Shown: positions 62,499-62,544 of the stretch, piece by piece
Position numbering within the stretch: the first letter of the stretch is position 1
Layout of the letters: each line of letters begins with the position of its first letter
IMG/VR virus record: IMGVR_UViG_3300037502_000756
Span: 1-62,544 of that record
DNA length: 62,544 bases
Source: a virus
Lineage: Duplodnaviria; Caudoviricetes
Direction: 5' to 3' (one strand)
Program-made: the position numbers and the translations under genes
Notes under the pieces: model-generated
The model's input: the letters and a program-made list of their open reading frames with translations, nothing else
Databases searched by the model: none
What the model was told of the DNA's origin: nothing

Positions 62499-62544
62499 GG
62501 TGTTGGGTGGGGGCGGCCCCGGCGCAACCCGGGGCTATTGCAGG
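62421..62544. repeat. Terminal direct repeat, copy 2
   Basis: Identical to 1-124. Confidence 0.95.

Overview
The window looks like a complete, circularly assembled dsDNA tailed-phage genome of about 62.4 kb. Bases 1-124 are repeated exactly at 62421-62544. It is GC-rich and organised like a podovirus, with no tape-measure, sheath or tube genes, and resembles uncultured aquatic Caudoviricetes whose capsid begins MAISRAQLLKELLPGLNALFG. The minus-strand arm (about 23.1 kb down to 1, then 62.5 down to 59.2 kb) carries early/accessory and replication genes: an AcrIII-1/DUF1874-like ring nuclease, about 35 small ORFs, a DUF3150/AAA/VWA-peptidase trio, VRR-NUC, PolA (Leu762), a PD-(D/E)XK nuclease, HNH, a DEDD exonuclease, an SNF2 helicase, an SSB-like protein, an HTH regulator and a primase-helicase. 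The plus-strand arm (23.5-59.1 kb) carries terminase, portal, GroES, scaffold, capsid, head spikes, two free-standing homing endonucleases, a block of small basic proteins, adaptors, tailspike, lysis genes, injection proteins and a polyvalent protein. A candidate origin and packaging/end region lies at 21.5-23.5 kb. Three observations stand out. (1) A consensus sigma70 promoter is followed by a roughly 600-nt, densely structured non-coding leader whose first downstream gene is the AcrIII-1-like anti-CRISPR. (2) A palindrome TTTAYYRRTAAA recurs 8 times in 15-23 kb. (3) A hydrophobic-A-x-G-G peptide tag is shared by many small basic and injection proteins. I saw no integrase, RNA polymerase, tRNA or CRISPR array. 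All family assignments come from motif recognition by eye, not database searches.
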